A stretch of DNA of 63,497 nucleotides, filler included, from Octopus bimaculoides (lineage: Eukaryota), in the NCBI RefSeq assembly GCF_001194135.2. It is 4 parts of 4 records of this genome, joined end to end, with 100 filler letters (N's around TTAATTAATTAA, not from the genome) between each part and the next. Parts side by side here need not be neighbours in the genome. Positions count along the whole stretch, not along the records: positions 1 to 19,654 come from NC_068982.1; 3 more parts are not named here. One strand, given 5' to 3'. The notes below the pieces were generated by a model. That model was not told the DNA's origin and ran no database searches. It saw only the letters and a list, made by a program, of their open reading frames with translations. The position numbers and the translations under genes were made by a program. How positions within the stretch are numbered: position 1 is the first letter of the stretch; the number at the start of each line of letters is the position of its first letter. Below are positions 1 to 14,352 of the stretch, one piece after another.

Positions 1-129
1 CCTCTCCACGGTACCAGACGAACCAATGGCTCGTAATGAGACGCAGTTTAGGGCAGCTATGTCAAATTCTTTTATACACCAGATGTGCCATCAAAACTCT
101 TGATTGGACCATGTCAGGTGGGGGAGAAG

Positions 130-210
130 AGCCATGCGAGGAACGTGAAAATCACGGTGGTGCACCAGCATGACCGCAGCCACTTGGCTGAAACACATAA
201 ATAAATAAAT
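130..210 (+). mobile_element. 3' end of a SINE-like repeat
   Basis: GGTGCACCAGCATGACCGCAG...CTGAAAC followed by (ATAA)n resembles the CCAGCATGGCYGCAGTC..GACTGAAACAAG tail of SINE copies at 51.2, 56.9 and 57.3 kb. Confidence 0.5.
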
Positions 211-769
211 ATATACATATATATATATATTTATATATATACAGATATATATATATACACAATGCAAATGTATGTAACTATACTAGTATCTACGTATTTA
301 TGCATCTACGTAAGTGTTTATGCTTGCAGACACATCGACAAGTGGTATCAATTACTTATATATATATATAAGTTTGTGGGTATGTAATGTATGAGTGTGT
401 CACAGCTTATATAGTGGCATATTTATTTTCTTCGAGACGTGATGACAAGTGTGACGCACTAGTGAATCTCTGAGTTAATATTGTATGCTTTTGTTTGTAA
501 ACCGTTCTGTTGTCTGAATCGTAGCTGTCGTCTGCTCTTCTAAGACTATATTTATTGAGAATTATCAAAGGAGAGCTTGGAAACTTGCGCAGAGAAAAAT
601 GTGCACCAGCTAAATCGATATATGTTGTTTTAGGTTAACTCCAAGAAAGACGATAGATATATTGTTGTGATCAGACCCAATCTCTTGTTGAAGTAATTCT
701 CAACACTTGGAAATAAATATACTACGTTTTAAGCATCAACACTATAGTCAACGCCATCGATATTATTAA

Positions 770-839
770 TATAATCCTCCTCATCCTCATCCTCATCCTG
801 CTCATCATCAACTTCATAATAATAATAATAATAATAATT

Positions 840-894
<55 letters not shown>

Positions 895-920
895 ATAACA
901 TCACCATCAGCATCATCACC
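770..920. repeat. (TCA)n/(TAA)n compound trinucleotide microsatellite
   Basis: Direct reading. It accounts for the poly-M/poly-D ORFs at 722-1025. Confidence 0.95.
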
Positions 921-1303
921 AATACATGAATCAACACCAACACAGCTGCTATTAACCAGTCTTAGATGACTCCGTTCAATACGTTCAATATTATCAAATG
1001 ATGTAACGTTATCAATACAACACACGTTAAACTAAAATCGGTTGCTTTGCTGTCATAGTAAGTAATGTGATCATGATACAGAATAATAACATCAGTGCTA
1101 CTATCACCTCACCACTACCGACACCACCGACAACGCCACCACCACAGCAAACCAGCAAACACCTTCCGTCTGCTTTCATGGATGTCACTTATAATTTTAA
1201 TTAATTCATAAAGTAGTTAGATCCATAAATTTTGCGACATAATCAAATCTGCAAATTAGATTCTTTGACCTTTGCATGAATGCCATTGTGTTCGAATGAT
1301 TTT

Positions 1304-1823
1304 CATGTCTTGTCTCGGAAGATCTCTTATGAATATAAGAGTATTTACAAAGAAACGATTTAACTCACGAACCAAAACTTTTGTTCGGCATTTACATTTT
1401 GTGGCATTTTATCTCATATTTCTGGTTTATCACGAAGATTCTTTCTTTTAACACTTCAACGACTTCTGCACAAGCAATCCACCCCACCAACTTGCAACAC
1501 ATCTCATTCAGCTACAATCGATATCTACACTTATACATGGGTACATGAGGAAGCCTTGCCGTAGATTCTCAACCTTCAGAAAACTGCAGCTAAATATCCC
1601 CAAAATAACGCCCTTTTTTTGCAAAATGATTATACAGAATAAGAATAACGGACGAAAATATCTGTTTAGTGTTTGAATATCGTTCGATCGACGGTTTTCG
1701 ACATTAAGAGGGAGCTTTCCAAGTATGGTTGAACATAGCTAGACAAGACAGAAATCGCAAATGGTCATGCTATCGGCTTTACAAAATATACTTTTCATAA
1801 GAGATCTTCCGAGACAAGACATG
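1304..1823. mobile_element. Putative MITE bounded by a perfect 30-bp inverted repeat
   Basis: 1304-1333 CATGTCTTGTCTCGGAAGATCTCTTATGAA is the exact reverse complement of 1794-1823. No clear TSD seen. Confidence 0.5.
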
Positions 1824-3697
1824 GCAAATTCTACGAAATACAAAAGCTAACGTCCATATAAAACACCTCCAAAATATATTGCTCATTGCAAGACAATACT
1901 TGTCTTGCAATGAGCAAAATATTTACTGTTCAAACAAGACGAGAAATGACTTGAACAGTGAGTATTGCTGTTACACCCTTTCATCATAAATATAACTGAA
2001 AACTTTAAATTTGATGAAAACTTGAAATGAAACACTATTATAGAAACTTCATTTCTATACATTTCTATACATTCTCAGAATTGTAAATGATAGTAACCGA
2101 TGACCAAATTAATCTCAGATCAGACTACACAGGCATTTTCACAGCGGAATTTGTTTCATTACATGCACAAAAATCATTTGTGCTGTATAATGTTTGTTAT
2201 AACTGACAAGCCAACTACAAAATACTTTTCCATCTATCACTGTATGTTCTGCGCATCTAGACGTCAGAAGCATTTGGAAAATTATCTCCAATAAGATCCA
2301 GAGCACCTAACAACTGTTATCCCAACACGCTCACACCTCAAGGAAAAGAGAAAATTACTCTTATACTCTTTAAAATAAATTCACAGTGAAACATTTTCCA
2401 AGAAGACACACAATCAATATTTCAGAATTCTTCAGCAACACGATTATTAACATAGGCATCGGGGTAAATGCTTTCTATGTATATATCCTGAAATAATTAC
2501 TGACAATTTGGGAATGCATAACTCGCAAGAAAATATAAATAGTAGAATACCAATTACATACAAGAAATAGTCAACCTTATAAAAACCTGCGAGAACTCCA
2601 AGTGCAATACAGGAACACTATACACAATGAAACTCAACACTAAATAATTAAACAAGGAAGTATAAAGGAAAATCATAGAACATCAGAAAACTGAAAAATA
2701 TTTGTATTCAACATGAATTTCAAAACTAGCATTAAAATATTATTGGATTACTTGTTACGGTTATCTCTACACATTTTTCATAGGAATTATAGACAGCAGT
2801 GATTTGTTACGATGTTTTGTATCTGAATACGTCTAATGCAAACTACAATGGGATCGATGATGAAAAAGGAGTATGAGTGTATATGCCATATTTTAGGAGT
2901 TCCTCCTCTTTCATCAGCACCTATTAACCATCCACGAACTCATTGCTTAAATAGCCACTAAATATAGCAGTGTGATATTATTGGATATACCAGTTTTACA
3001 TATTAAACATATTACTGGCAGCTGGTAAGTACATATTAATGACTTGTAGGAACACCATATTTTTTATGCAACCGTAATATACTACAAAGTATATTACACA
3101 CACACACACGCATATATATATATANNNNNNNNNNNNNNNNNNNNNNNNNNNNNNNNNNNNNNNNNNNNNNNNNNNNNNNNNNNNNNNNNNNNNNNNNNNN
3201 NNNNNNNNNNNNNNNNNNNNNNNNNNNNNNNNNNNNNNNNNNNNNNNNNNNNNNNNNNNNNNNNNNNNNNNNNNNNNNNNNNNNNNNNNNNNNNNNNNNN
3301 NNNNNNNNNNNNNNNNNNNNNNNNNNNNNNNNNNNNNNNNNNNNNNNNNNNNNNNNNNNNNNNNNNNNNNNNNNNNNNNNNNNNNNNNNNNNNNNNNNNN
3401 NNNNNNNNNNNNNNNNNNNNNNNNNNNNNNNNNNNNNNNNNNNNNNNNNNNNNNNNNNNNNNNNNNNNNNNNNNNNNNNNNNNNNNNNNNNNNNNNNNNN
3501 NNNNNNNNNNNNNNNNNNNNNNNNNNNNNNNNNNNNNNNNNNNNNNNNNNNNNNNNNNNNNNNNNNNNNNNNNNNNNNNNNNNNNNNNNNNNNNNNNNNN
3601 NNNNNNNNNNNNNNNNNNNNNNNNNNNNNNNNNNNNNNNNNNNNNNNNNNNNNNNNNNNNNNNNNNNNNNNNNNNNNNNNNNNNNNNNNNNNNNNNN

Positions 3698-3739
<42 letters not shown>

Positions 3740-6700
3740 ACGAAACTGTATGATATTTGGTTTCATAGTAGTTCGAAACCAAATTAGATGCATCTTAACA
3801 TTTCGCCGGGAAGGAAAGCTTGACTACACTTGCCTTTTCTAATGTTGATTACATTTGTTAACTCACTCTATTTGCTTACAAGTTGGGAACATGACACAAT
3901 AATTGATATGAGTAGATAAGGTCATTTTGATCACCATGTAGATACTTCGCAATTGCGCTTATTTCATCTTTTGCACAAAAAAACAATAATAAGTTGCAGC
4001 TCCTTAATCTTCAAATTCGGTCTCTTTATAACAAGCTTCAAATTTAAGACATATGAGAGCTATAATTTACTGATTTAGATTGTCTTGTTGTATAACTCAA
4101 ATATCAGATAAGTAGTGTTACTTTCATAGCATAAAGTTTATTGAAACGTTCCTCATATTTGAAAGGATGAAAGGTTATCCTTTCATTCATATGTTGATGT
4201 ACTAACTGTTTGTCAAGTTTTTCAAAGCTTTCATGTAAACAGAGAATATATAAAATTTGTAATTTGTGGCGTTTTGATCTAGAATAAATTATATTTTAAG
4301 AAATATTATAGGTTACATTATACTTTCAATACAATCTGTAAATTTGTTTAAACATACTTTTGCTTTTATTTTTCTATGAGAAAATCGAAGCTTTAATTAT
4401 ATTTGCTTTTATCACAGCATTTCGCATAATATTTCTATATTCTCTATTAAAGTTGCGCCTTCTGCTTAAATCTAATATTAAAATAATTTATTAAATGTTT
4501 TAAATGTAAGGTAAGAATGTTTTAATATTTTTATTTTATGATATTGCGTTAAAATATATTTAAAATAAATGATAAATCATCCCTAATAAACAGAAGTAAA
4601 TTTCCTCCCGTTGGTTACAAACCATTTTCACATAATTTAGAAATACCTTTTGAAAAATTGCAGACTTTTTGTAAAAGAACAGTATGAAATATTTTTAACT
4701 TTATTTGAGAACTATAAATATTTAGAGACAGATAAATTATAACACGTTTTAGTACTAAGATCTATTATCAGCGTTGTATTTTAATTCCTTTGTTTTAGAA
4801 TAAGCTAAAGATACGAATAAAATTAATAATTACTTTATCACAGATACACAGCTTGTTTTCATTTAGTGCGAGGGAAATTGTAATTGAAACCGAATGCAAT
4901 TTGAATTTAATTTTGTTTCTGTTGACTCGATGAAGGTAAAAATAAAGATAGACTAGAAAATATCTGAACTAAATTAGCAATCATACTTGTAAGACTTTGT
5001 AGGATTCTTCCAGGGTGTTCAAAGGTTCTCGTAAGTGGATTTCATAAATACGAGCAGTAGACAATGAACATATGAAGGAAAATAAAATGGGTCGATTGAA
5101 TAATTCAGGTCCAAGACAAACCTTATATTGTTTGAGACGAATTGGATACTTTTATGATCAATAATATGTATCTAATAGTGATCAAATAAAACGCATATCT
5201 CGTAGTCATCAATATCCGATAGTGGGTTCTCAGTTCTATACTGCATGAAACTCATGCAATACTATAAACATTCATACCGCAATGAACACAACATGTGAGT
5301 TAGGAATTTAGATATCAGTGAACAATACAGAATTTTGTTTTATAAAAACACTTAGCACGGATCAAAAAGTATGTAAGTTATCAGTTAGGGTGGGAAGTGC
5401 TATTATTTCAACTTTGATTCGTATTTTCAAAAAAGAGATAACACTCTTAACTGGATAACTTAGAAATAAACCACAGGAATATATGAGGTTTGTTTGTTTT
5501 TCGAGGCATAATTATGCAATGCCTAGGGAAATAACAATAAATCTACCAAATCACACAGCATTTTACAGAAAAGAAGAATATTTAATATCAGCTAGATTTC
5601 AAAACCAGTATAAAAGGAGTAAAGGACATGAATTTTAGTTATAATTAAGACTTGCTCTATGTTAGATTCCAGTAACTGAATCCTAAATATGTGATGCTGA
5701 TAAATGTGGACGCATACATTAATTTCGTCCTTAAAAACCGTAGCAATAATTAAGTTAATAGCAACAGTGATTAAGCAAGTAAAATAGGCAGACACATAAT
5801 TTATGCAGAAACATCCGCACAAGTCCGTGATAGCAGAAGAAAATGATGCAATATTTAAAACCTACATATCTCTAGTAAAATTTAGAAATCGCAACGCTGA
5901 TTTTAGCACTTTTCCTACATTTTTCCCCCAACGTCGATCATTCGAATAGATTCCGACAGTGCAATATAAACCAGTTGGTTTATATTTTGAAACGTATTAA
6001 CTGAGGAAAGTCTTGCGTAAGGGATATATTTCCTATTACATAATATGTAATGATCTGATACGTACGCTTTAGAAGATTTCAAAACATTATTATTTGGTTA
6101 TGCATATGTGTGTGTGAGTGTATGTGTGTGCTATGCGTGTGTGTGTGTGAGTATGTGTGTGTGAGTGTATGTGTGTGTGCGTGTGTGTGTGTGTGTGTGG
6201 TTTATACATACATATATAAAATGCAACCTACTATTAACTGAATTGTATTTAGGTTCTTGTGAGTTCGATTCTCTTAAAACGTTGCCCTGGCAGATTTTAC
6301 ACTCTCACTGAGAAGAATATATCTAAATGATATATCAGCAAACAGAAATGATGGTGATAAGTATATAGTTAATCATTTAGACCTTAAATTGATGTATAAT
6401 AATAATAGTAGCGTTTTAACTAAAGTTTATAAGGTCGATATCTTAAATTCCCAATTTGTTTCCAGGCTATTTACATTAAGTAGATCTGTGATGAAATACA
6501 GTATAATTTATTTTACGGTCAAATTACTTGATACGACAATAATTTAGACAATGATAGTTTATTTATCCGATAAAAATTGCATAATTCATGGTACATGATG
6601 TTAAAAAATTTAATCAATTGATGATATTAATTAGACATTTTTGTTGTAACCACATATCGTTATATTTAATGATACACAAAATTGCGTATAACTTCGTGTG

Positions 6701-6859
6701 TTGTATTTTCTTTTGTAGTAATTAGTAATATTTAGCTGTTGAACAAGTTTCACTTTCTTCATATTGATCTGTTAGTAGTGTAAGTATATTGCTGGATTTG
6801 GATTGTTTATCTCAAGTGTGTTTGTGGTCACAGGTTTTGGGGTGGACAGATGAAAGGTT

Positions 6860-7003
6860 ACTAGTTCTCTCTTCTTCTCTGTGTGTCTCTCTCTCTGTCT
6901 TTATCACCCCCACTCTCTCTCTCTCTCTGTCTTTATCACCCCCTCTCTCTCTCTCTTTCTCTATCTCTCTCTCTTTCTCTATCTCTCTCTCTCTCTCTTT
7001 CTC

Positions 7004-7072
<69 letters not shown>
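6860..7072. repeat. (CT)n/(CTGT)n microsatellite running into a gap
   Basis: Direct reading. Confidence 0.95.
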
Positions 7073-7978
7073 NNNNNNNNNNNNNNNNNNNNNNNNNNNN
7101 NNNNNNNNNNNNNNNNNNNNNNNNNNNNNNNNNNNNNNNNNNNNNNNNNNNNNNNNNNNNNNNNNNNNNNNNNNNNNNNNNNNNNNNNNNNNNNNNNNNN
7201 NNNNNNNNNNNNNNNNNNNNNNNNNNNNNNNNNNNNNNNNNNNNNNNNNNNNNNNNNNNNNNNNNNNNNNNNNNNNNNNNNNNNNNNNNNNNNNNNNNNN
7301 TATATATATATATATATATATATATCTCAGTGTATATCTATTTGCTCTACGCTGACGATTCATTACTCTTTTTGCATCTACATGTATGTGTGTATGTGGT
7401 TATACCAACTACATCGGTGTATCTTTTTTGAAGGGTATGGAAATGTAAGAATACATGGAAGTCTTTTACACTTTGCAGTTATAAAAATATTCGTAAAGAC
7501 ATTTTTCGAACACTCAAATACCACTAGCATGAACCACATTTGATCCTCTAAAATTTAGTTTTGGATTCTAAATCAAAATATATCGTCATACACAAATTGC
7601 TCTGTGCTCAGTATTTTGTAATTACGTTCCCAACTTTCAGATATAATTGTGGGTACATAGGACATACATCTAACGTGATGTTTTCCCTTCTTCTGTCACA
7701 AGAAATGTAAAGAATGATAATCACAGTTCTAGATTGGAGCATATCCCTAGCTTCTCTAATATTTTCTATGAGAGATGGTCTACGTAAACACAGTTAATAT
7801 AAATGTTATTGTGGCAATGTTACACCTTTTATTACTGCTGTCATTATTACTGCACATCTAGCTGCATTACTACTGTCACTATTCTTGTTGCTATCATTAT
7901 GCTACGCGTCTATTATTAACATATATATCTGTGCATGCATAGAAATATGCATCTTTACATATATACAAATATCTAAGC

Positions 7979-8023
<45 letters not shown>

Positions 8024-11000
8024 NNNNNNNNNNNNNNNNNNNNNNNNNNNNNNNNNNNNNNNNNNNNNNNNNNNNNNNNNNNNNNNNNNNNNNNNNNNNN
8101 NNNNNNNNNNNNNNNNNNNNNNNNNNNNNNNNNNNNNNNNNNNNNNNNNNNNNNNNTATATATGTATCATATGCACATACAATAGATACTTACAAACATG
8201 CATATATAAACATGCTTATACGCGGGTACATTTAAGCTGTCATACTTCATCCATCAACTGATGCGCTATCTTCATCGATTTTAGGAGCTACTGAAATGAA
8301 AGTTATGATGTTTGCGCTCTTCAACGATGCATTAGTAACGGAAAGTATGCGAAGCCCTACAAGCAAGTATGTTTTAAAACCGCTTCCGACTTAGGAAGAA
8401 TCGTCTTCTACTTTCTTTTAATGATTTTTTTTTTTTTTGCTTTGTTTTCGATTTCTGTTTACTGCATTTTCTCCTTTCAGACATATATATATACATGTCT
8501 GTGTGTGCTCGTGTGTGTATGTTTATGTGTGATGGTCTTCGTCTGGGTGTAGCGGGAGATTGATAATTGGATAGATATGTTCAGCATGTAACGATATATT
8601 ATTAGAAAATACTTAAGAAATATATTGAAAATTTCGTCATAGATAATTGAAATATTGGCTCATGAACCAAAGTTTATTTGCGAGTGAAGTATCTAATTAA
8701 ATAATTGCGTAATTATTCTGATGCGTCTTGTTTCTTTTTCTTTCATTCTTGCTACTTGCATTTTGTCGCCTGTCAAATTTTGTTTCTTTTTGTGTGCTAT
8801 GCATATAGTTCTAGGCACGACATTATGTTTTTAACAATAAAATAAGCTAACAGTTCCTACAAAACTTTGAATACGCTATTTTATCTCCTGAATTCGTTCT
8901 CAACGAACAACTTTATTCCTGGTTTGGCAAACGAAATATAAATAATAATTGACTTGAAATACCTGAATATCTTTTTTATATAATGGGAAAAGAGCAAATG
9001 AATGACTAAAACAAAATTGTTGATTGAAAGTTGGTTTTCCATTTTGTCTTTATTCTCTTACACTTCATACTTTCAATGAATTACTGATTTAAGATATTCC
9101 GCATTTAAGACCTTGTGATGCAGTATCCGACAAATCACAAGTGAAACGGAAAGATTTTGTATAAGCGTCGGTGAGACTGATGCATTGCTTCAGCATCGAA
9201 TTCTGTCATTAATTGTATTTTGTTATGGATAAGCCGATTTCCCTTTTAGTTACTCGTCAAAATGATTCTCAAAAAGTGTAATTTTATTCAACCTGTTCTT
9301 TCTTACTTTCTCTTTTAATATGCAGATACATTACTTGATAGCCAATAATTTCAAGAAGAATACAAAACCAAAATATAGCAAAACAATTTTAAAAGAACAA
9401 CTTTGATTTTTAGTTGCAACATATGCGTTAGAAAATTATTTATTACTTTCTTGTTATTTAGACACCGAAGCACGCACACACGCATGAATAGATCTTTATA
9501 AATCTTCCCATTCTACTTGCATTCCTTTATCATTTAAATCAGTTTTCCAGGAGTGTATTGATTTGAAAATATCTGCATAGTCCCAACAGTGGCTAAAAGC
9601 TCACTAAACCATTTATTCATATTAGCATATGCGTTTTTAATGCACATATCCCACCTATACATTTGGACTTAGCATTACAACATATTTCAGTATCAAATCG
9701 TTTTTCTCTCTTTTGATATCTCTTGGTATGTCCTAAAACAGGAAAATATGTGTATTTCTAGATACTACATCCTCCCGTTTATGACACCAGATTTTTTTTT
9801 AAATTTGTAAATGCTTTCCTCAATACTGCTATTTATATGAAGATAAAACAAGCAGTATCTACCATAAATTCAAACCGTTTTAATCTATCCATACTCATCA
9901 TTCTAGGAATCTCTTTATGTATTAGCTTCCTCAGCTAGCGTCTTACATACACAGCCCGTTTCTGAACACAATGATATTCCAATTTCCATAAAAATTAAAA
10001 TTAACATGTTGCAACAAACAATACATGGCTTCCACTTTAATAGTATCTATAGATTTCTTGCACTCATAACTTTTGCCTCACTACTCATCTTATGCATGTT
10101 TCGTATTCCTTTTATTTGCACAGTGAGAGATGGCATGCGTAACAGTTCCATGACATTCCTTCACTGCATTCATACCATTTTCTAAACATTCCCTGCTTTT
10201 CAGTACAACGGTTTGTGCACGTGGTGTTCTCTGGTTCCTTCTAACTGTTATTGTAATGTGCTCTTTAAAATGATGTAGTCAACACTTCGCTAAACTTACA
10301 TTCATTTCTTGGAAGCAAAAGAAGGAAAGGTAACATGACCTGCAGTTGGATTTGAACACAGAATCAAAGAGCGTAACAATTAGTACAACTCGTTTTTCTG
10401 ATGCCCTAACGAATATGTCAAAAGAAGAACAAATTTATACAGAAGCTATTCGAATTTCAATAGAATCTCATCTAGATTTCATATGTCTTCTTAGAGACAG
10501 AATTTATCAACAGCTTCAGGTCAGTTATCTAAGCAATTCATACCTCTATTGCAAACTATTTCTAGGCTTTCTCAGGTTCGGTTGTTATACAAAACATTTT
10601 CCAAGAAGAGTGAGATCATTGACGTATACGTGTTCCCAGAAGATAGATTCTTTCTATTACATTCATACTCAATGCTTACCAATATCAAATGGTAATATTA
10701 CCATGCTACTTTCTTTTTTTATTGTCTCGTACATCAATACTTCACGTGTATTTCTTTCTATTGCAGGGAGATACAGGTTTGCAATTTGAAGTAGTTTATG
10801 CTTCTTAAAAAACATAAACAATTTCATACACTCCAGAAGAAAGAAAAAAAAACATAATGAAATAAAATATATGAACAAAAATACCAATAGCATTTAGAAT
10901 TTCATAGCCAGAAGCATTACTGGAGTTGCTTAAAGAATACTTTAAGCAAACATTTAATGTGAATTGAGTGTGATTTGACTGCTATGTCTAACATTTAAAC

Positions 11001-11528
11001 AACTCTCAAATCACACTTCCCTCTTAAGATAAATACACTTTGAATAATGTGGTTCTAAAATTAAAAAGAATAAATAACACATGTAAAAATAACAGTAAGA
11101 CCAATAACGTCATTAGCCCGAACCACATCAAGATTGCACGTGCGCTGCCTGTCCTAAAAGACATAGTTGCTCAATGACTCTAAAATCATATTTTACTCTC
11201 GCAAGGAAGGAAAACAATAAATAACACATTAGTTATTATATACCTGAAAACAGCGTGATCCGATCTTGGTTGAAAATCATTTGAGTAAAGATATGCACAG
11301 TTAGATATGGCCTGAGGCTACACAACGGTGACAGCAAGAGAATAAAACTGTAATGAAATGTACGCTTTTTACCACTGATATGTTCTGAGGGACAAAAGCT
11401 AATACAATTTGACAGTGGCTATCGCTATAAATATTTGTTTTGAATTAAGTAACGTATCACCTCAATCATTAAATGACTGTAGGTAGTACTGTGTATTGTT
11501 CTTCTCCTTAGAAGCACACTCAGGCATG

Positions 11529-11630
<102 letters not shown>

Positions 11631-13060
11631 TCTATATATATATATAGTGCCGCATTTAGTCATCCTAAGTTTTAAGCAACTACAACCGTCTTTAACAACA
11701 ACGAAAGAAGCTCATTCAAATGAAAGATTCGATTGACATGAGAAGTGCATACTTACTAGGACCAAACAGAAGAGACCGCTATCTTATCTATTACATCTTC
11801 AATGATCTCCCAAAGTAAAATCTACGGAAATAAATATATTATTATAGCAACATCTTCAAAGCTATCCACTTTACACTATTTCAGGTGGGGGGGATTGCAT
11901 AATCAGAAATAGCTATACCGTTACTATGCGAAAAAGGTTTTCTGAACTATAGAATAGAAGTACAATGGTGAGACATGAATATTGTTTACGAAAGATTTTC
12001 AGATGCTGGTGTGCAAGTTAAATAGGGTACACTGAGGTGTTAATTAACAACGACACCACGAGCAGAGGAATATCAAATTGTTATGCCCGAATCGTATCTT
12101 GATCACCCAATGTTGTTGTGGATAGGTTGTCATATTTACCAACTTACGACTCTCAAAGACTCATGCATTGACAAGTGGCATTGCATTTACGTGGTTTTAT
12201 TGTGTTAATATCATTCAAAGGAACACACCGGGTAGTCCGCGGCCAATATACGCATAGAGAAATTGATCATTGATCAATTGTCTTTCATGAGAACCTTTTT
12301 TTCGGCCAGCAAACAGCTGGCAACTGGCATACAATAAAAGACTGGGTGCAAGAGCAAAAGCGGCTCAGCCAGATATTCACACGCATTTCTTATAAACTAT
12401 GCTACGACGTTCGATGTAAAACATATGACTTACATATTTACATAATACTCTTAAAGACAGATGTCTTTAAATGTTGAATAGTGGTTCTCTTATGATATGT
12501 AATTTTCTATCAAATTATCTAGTCTCCATAGGTCTACTCAGTCACACAAATTGGTACGAAATAACCTCATGTTTCAAGTCTTCTCAGTACAGCATATCAA
12601 CAAATCCTTCTAGGCTTTCGAATTATTGCTTATTAAATAACCTTCAAGTCTGCACTGTGCACCACTTTAACTTCTCACTTGGAGTGGTTTCTGATAAGGT
12701 GCATCATCATCTTTTAAAATCTTTTATGGCCCACCAGCAGAATGGGACACTAACGTTTCCAAGGATCTTGCAAATCTGTCTCTCATTTCTCAACATGCAC
12801 TTCTCAACTTCCGCATTCATACATTATCGGTTGACATGTGCATACTTATAATAAAGCTTGTGCTTCAGTTCATAAAAATAGTATGTATGATGGCTGTCCG
12901 CGAAATATTCATCAAGCCAATTCTTCGCAGATATTCTGTGGCCGGAAGAATTTTGTATAGTACACATGCCTATGGAAGAGAAGAATGATATCCAATGACT
13001 AGATTTGTTATGTATATGCATGTATATGTATGTACTCATATACGGGCATACACTCAGCCC

Positions 13061-13102
<42 letters not shown>

Positions 13103-14119
13103 ACACACACACATATATATANNNNNNNNNNNNNNNNNNNNNNNNNNNNNNNNNNNNNNNNNNNNNNNNNNNNNNNNNNNNNNNNNNNNNNNNNNNNNNN
13201 NNNNNNNNNNNNNNNNNNNNNNNNNNNNNNNNNNNNNNNNNNNNNNNNNNNNNNNNNNNNNNNNNNNNNNNNNNNNNNNNNNNNNNNNNNNNNNNNNNNN
13301 NNNNNNNNNNNNNNNNNNNNNNNNNNNNNNNNNNNNNNNNNNNNNNNNNNNNNNNNNNNNNNNNNNNNNNNNNNNNNNNNNNNNNNNNNNNNNNNNNNNN
13401 NNNNNNNNNNNNNNNNNNNNNNNNNNNNNNNNNNNNNNNNNNNNNNNNNNNNNNNNNNNNNNNNNNNNNNNNNNNNNNNNNNNNNNNNNNNNNNNNNNNN
13501 NNNNNNNNNNNNNNNNNNNNNNNNNNNNNNNNNNNNNNNNNNNNNNNNNNNNNNNNNNNNNNNNNNNNNNNNNNNNNNNNNNNNNNNNNNNNNNNNNNNN
13601 NNNNNNNNNNNNNNNNNNNNNNNNNNNNNNNNNNNNNNNNNNNNNNNNNNNNNNNNNNNNNNNNNNNNNNNNNNNNNNNNNNNNNNNNNNNNNNNNNNNN
13701 NNNNNNNNNNNNNNNNNNNNNNNNNNNNNNNNNNNNNNNNNNNNNNNNNNNNNNNNNNNNNNNNNNNNNNNNNNNNNNNNNNNNNNNNNNNNNNNNNNNN
13801 NNNNNNNNNNNNNNNNNNNNNNNNNNNNNNNNNNNNNNNNNNNNNNNNNNNNNNNNNNNNNNNNNNNNNNNNNNNNNNNNNNNNNNNNNNNNNNNNNNNN
13901 NNNNNNNNNNNNNNNNNNNNNNNNNNNNNNNNNNNNNNNNNNNNNNNNNNNNNNNNNNNNNNGCGAATAAACTTTCGATTAATTTTGTAAATGTTGTAAG
14001 ATGAGGAAACACGCAAAAACATTCGTCATATAATTGAACTTGTATATATTTGTATATGATGCTATAGTTGGTATAGAATACGAGATTTGAAAATGGATGA
14101 AAGAAACCAATAAGAAAAC

Positions 14120-14352
14120 AAGGCGGCGAGCTGGCAGAAACGTTAGCACGCTGGACGAAATGCTTAGCGGTATTTCGTCTGCCGTTACGTTCTGAGTTCA
14201 AATTCCGCCGAGGTCGACTTTGCCTTTCATCCTTTCGGGGGTCGATAAATTAAGTACCACTTACGCATTGGGATCGATGTAATCGACTTAATCTCTTTGT
14301 CTGTTCTTGTTTGTCCCCTCTATGTTTAGCCCCTTGTGGGCAATAAAGAAAT
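14120..14352 (+). mobile_element. SINE, family A (AAGGCGGCGAGCTGGCAGAA head; central GGTCGACTTTGCCTTTCATCCTTTCGGGGTCGATAAA)
   Basis: B-box-like GAGTTCAAATTCC. The central block resembles the Sauria/Meta-type SINE core (from memory). Perfect 17-bp TSD AAGAAACCAATAAGAAA at 14101-14117 and 14353-14369. Homologous copies at 50.2, 60.3, 61.7 and 62.0 kb. Confidence 0.9.

Noticed and set aside
4995-5036. Possible micro-exon ending in GTAAGT
   Set aside because: The acceptor is ambiguous and the length too short to distinguish from chance.
10346-10789. 147-aa ORF MDLNTESKSV...
   Set aside because: It has a non-ATG start inside a decayed SINE-like B-box region (TTGGATTTGAACACAGAATC), AT-rich composition and no recognisable motif.
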